The notes beneath the pieces are model-generated. The model was not told where the DNA came from. It did no database searches and worked only from the letters and a program-made list of their open reading frames with translations. Of a stretch of 64,000 nt of DNA, positions 60,061 to 64,000 are shown in pieces. Position numbers and translations under genes: made by a program. Numbering within the stretch: the first letter of the stretch is position 1; each line of letters starts with the position of its first letter. The DNA comes from Octopus sinensis (taxonomy: Eukaryota): the NCBI RefSeq assembly GCF_006345805.1, contig NC_043011.1, forward strand, positions 29,276,464 to 29,340,463, written 5' to 3'.

Positions 60061-62039
60061 ATATGTATGTATGTATGTGTGTGTGTATGTGTTTGTGCAT
60101 CTGTGTTTGTCCCCCCAACATTGCTTGACAACCAATGCATGGCCACAATCAAATGACTGAAACAAGTAAAAGAGCATTGGGACATAGAATTGTGAAAATC
60201 TTTTTTACACAGCAAACATACTACACCTACACATTTTTCCAACCACCGGTGAAGCATACATTTTCCTGGAAAGTTATAGTGGGGCCTGGTGCAAAATAGG
60301 TTGGGAAACACTATTTCAGAGAATGTACTGGGTTTTTAATTCATGGCATTGGCACTAGTCTTGCAAGCTGTACTGCAAAGCAGCTTGCAAACCCAGGATC
60401 CTGTTCAAATGAGTGACATTACAGTAGTGAGGGAGATGGCTCTATGCTATGAGGTAAGGGGTTAAAATCTGAGAGAAGGGGCCAGAACAGAATAGGTTTC
60501 TCACTTTTGAGGAGCTACATGGCTTTTCGCATTATAAAAGTAAGGGTAGGAGTAACTGGAGAAGGGCAGGAAGGAGAGAGAAAGATGGTAGTGTTAAGGT
60601 GTCATGGTGAACCCTTAATAAATATTAGTGTCTATTTGCCTCTCTCAATTCTCTATGGCTCTTCATCTCCCTAAGACTGTTGTTGCTGTTATTTGTTTTG
60701 AAATTACATGAGTGAGAAGCAATTTGTCAAGGTAAATCTTCAGTGGCTGGGTACCTTTCCTGTCTCCAAACTTCATCTGTTTCCAAGCAATAGTAATATT
60801 TTCCATAACCAAACATTGTTTTTCATGGAAGACTCGAAATGAATAACATTGCTTGTATGATGATGATGATGATGATGTTCATTTACAACTATTACATGAT
60901 GTCTAGACACAGAGGTACAACCACATACACGTACACACACACAAAACATACATTTACACACACACATACACAAAACATATTTACATGCACACACACACCC
61001 TGAGTCAAACATTTACACACACACACACAGAGAAACATACATTTACACACACATATTGTTAATGCCATAAAAGTTATAAACTTTGAGAGAATGCATGACA
61101 GTTTTTTTTTGTGGAACAGTGGATCTCGAAGCAAATAAAACTGTAAATAATGATGCGTAAATAATAACTGTAAATAACTGTAAATAATATTGAGTTAAAA
61201 AACCCTTTTGGATACACACAATCATGCATCACGCACACACATGCACCCCTTTCCCCACAAACACACACACACACATAGGTATACACACACCTATACACAC
61301 ATATTACCCATACAATAGGCTTTTTTCAGTTTCCATCTACCAAATCCACTCACAAGACTTTGATCGACCTGGCACCATAATAAGACCAAGGTACCATTCA
61401 GTGGGATTGATCCAGAAACCATGTGGTCAAAAAGCAAAACTTCTCAATTTGTTCTTGTTTTGTTTTCACTTATCAAATTTGAAATTACTGCAGTTTCATG
61501 AACAGAAAATGTGTACAATTAAGGCACTATTATGTAACCAGAGTGCTGTATAGAACATTATCACATGAAACATATCATTAACAGATCTTGAGATTTAGAC
61601 CACTCTTCAAACCATCTGTTCTATATTTGCCTCTGTTTTCTCTTCTAATAATTATAACTTGACCATCTTGCCATGAATGTTGGCATTGCTTTTCCAAGTT
61701 GTGAGGAGGTTATGTTTGCTGATATTGGATAATATAGTTGCTCTTGTTAGCTCTGCTTGAGCAAACCTTTAGCATGGAAATAACCAATTACATGAATTTT
61801 CCATTAGAATTCTTGCTGTGCTAGCTCATTTTTATTTTAAAAGTTACAATTTACAAATATTTAGGACTCAAAATACTGTGACGCTTATTTTGAGGGTAGT
61901 AGTAAGTTGTTTAGGTAACACATAGCTACCATGTTGATTCTATTGAGCCCCTACATAGATAATTTTCGCACTGGCTTGCAGGTTTTTCAAATAAAGTATA
62001 TCTATAAAACTATTTTCTATAGATTATTTTCTATAGACA

Positions 62040-63497
62040 CAGGCATGGCTGTGTGGATAGGTGCAGGTGTGGATAGGTGCAGGTGTGGATAGGTGCAGGT
62101 GTGGCTGTGTGGTAAGTAATTTGCTTCCCAACCACATAGTTCCAGATTCAGTCCCACTGTGTGGAACCTTGGGCAAGTGTCTTCTACTATAGCCTCAGGC
62201 CGACCAAAACGTTGCAAGTGGATTTGGTAGACAGAAACTGAAAGAAGCCTGTCATATATATATATATATGTGTTTGTCCCTCCACCATTGCTTGACAACC
62301 AATATTGGTGTGTTTACGTCCCCGTAACTTAGCGGTTCAGCAATAGAGACTGATAGAATAGGTTCTAGGCTTACAGAGAAGAAGTCCTGAAGTCAATTTG
62401 TTCGACTAAAGGTGGTGCTTCAACATGGCTGCAGTTAAATGACTGAAACTAGTAAAAGAGTAAAAAAGCATAGATTATTTTCTAATAGTGCAAGTATGGC
62501 CGCATGGTAAGAACCTTGCTTCCCAACCACATGGCTCCAGGGTCAGTCCCACTGCATGGCACTTTGGGCAAATGTCTTTTATTATAGCCTCAGGCCAACA
62601 AAAGCCTTTTGAGTGGATTTGGAGGAAATGGAAACTGAAAGAAGCATGTCATGTGTGTATGTATATATGTATATATATATATATATATATATAATCCTGA
62701 CACAAGGACGCACACACTCATATTTATGTGTGTGTGTGTCTTTGTGCCCCACTACTTGATAACCAGTGTTGGTGTGTTTACATCCCTGTAACTTAACAGT
62801 TCAGCAAAAGATCAATAGAATAAGTACCAGGCTTAACAAAATAAGAAATATAAGTAATGAGATCAATTTATTTGAACTAAAAATACTTCAAGGTAGTGCC
62901 CCAGAATGGCCATGGTCAAATGACTCAAACAGATAAAAGATAAACAGTAGAAGATATAGACACAATATATACATACACACATGACAGGTTTCTTTCAGTT
63001 TCCAATTCCTCCAAATCCACTCAAAAGGCTTTTGTTGGCCTGAGGCTATAATAAAAAACATTTGCCCAAAGTGCCATGCAGTGGGACTGACCCTGGAACC
63101 ATGTGGTTGGGAAGCAAGGTTCTTACCATGTGGCCATACCTGCACCTATTAGAAAATAATCTATACTTTTTTACTCTTTTACTTGTTTCAGTCATTTAAC
63201 TGCAGCCATGTTGAAGAATCACCTTTAGTCAAACAAATTGACCTCAGGACTTCTCTGTAAGCCTAGAACCTATTCTATCAGTCTCTATTGCTGAACCGCT
63301 AAGTTACGAGGATGTAAACACACCAATATTGGTTGTCAAGCAATGGTGGGGGGACAAACACAGACACTCATATACATATATATATATATATATATATGAC
63401 AGGCTTCTTTCAGTTTCTGTCTACCAAATCCACTTGCAACACTTTCGTCAGCCCAAGGCTATAGTAGAAGACACTTGCCCAAGGCATCACACAGAGC
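62040..63497. mobile_element. Cluster of CORE-like SINE copies including an inverted duplicated block
   Basis: Plus-strand copies at 62040-62670 and 62740-62945; minus-strand copies at 62975-63497. Confidence 0.8.
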
Positions 63498-63542
63498 CAC
63501 TCCATTAGTCTAGTTTGTGCTTTTTACATGTGTGTATATATA

Positions 63543-63582
<40 letters not shown>

Positions 63583-64000
63583 TTGTATGTGTGTATGCAT
63601 CTGTTGTCTTGCTGTACTCAAGAAAACCTGTCCTCCACAGTAGAAGTGTTAAGGCCACTCTCCCTGCTGAAGAGGATCAGCCTACAACAACCCAGTATTG
63701 GTGCCACGTAAAAAGCACCTTGCACACTCTGTAAAGTGGTTAGCATTAGAAAGAGCATCCAGCCATAGAAATCTAGCTAAATCAGACTAGGGCCTGGTGC
63801 ATTTCTCATATATGTAGGTGTGTATATACATATAAATACATTTCAAGCTAAGCAACAAGCTTAACACACAAATATGGATAATTTCATTATGAAAATCTTT
63901 TCATAATTTTATTTTATTTTTCATGTGAACAACTTAATTTGACATGCTGACAAAACCGGTAATATTAAGAATAACAGAAAATTAAAAAAAATTTAATAAC

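Overview
AT-rich, repeat-dense metazoan DNA. The SINE, RTE and MITE families look like those of octopus (inferred from memory, not searched). I cannot support any host exon. Most of the window is microsatellite, tRNA-derived SINEs, LINE fragments (RTE, CR1, Penelope-like), Tc1/mariner remnants and fold-back palindromes, several of which carry minimal hammerhead-ribozyme-like motifs. The exception is 11360-20721: exactly five head-to-tail units of about 1.8-1.9 kb (order A-B-A-B-C). Each unit holds one intronless gene for a non-LTR-retrotransposon ORF1p/ZCCHC3-like protein: RRM-like core, one CCHC knuckle, a long K/E linker and an unassigned C-terminal domain. No ORF2 or reverse transcriptase is present. 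The units share 5' and 3' hairpins with compensatory base changes and a 3' tail matching a local SINE family. The whole array lies between Helitron-type 5' TC (10622) and 3' hairpin+CTAG (21192) ends in a (TA)n tract. All alignments and percentages are by eye; coordinates of degenerate repeats are approximate.
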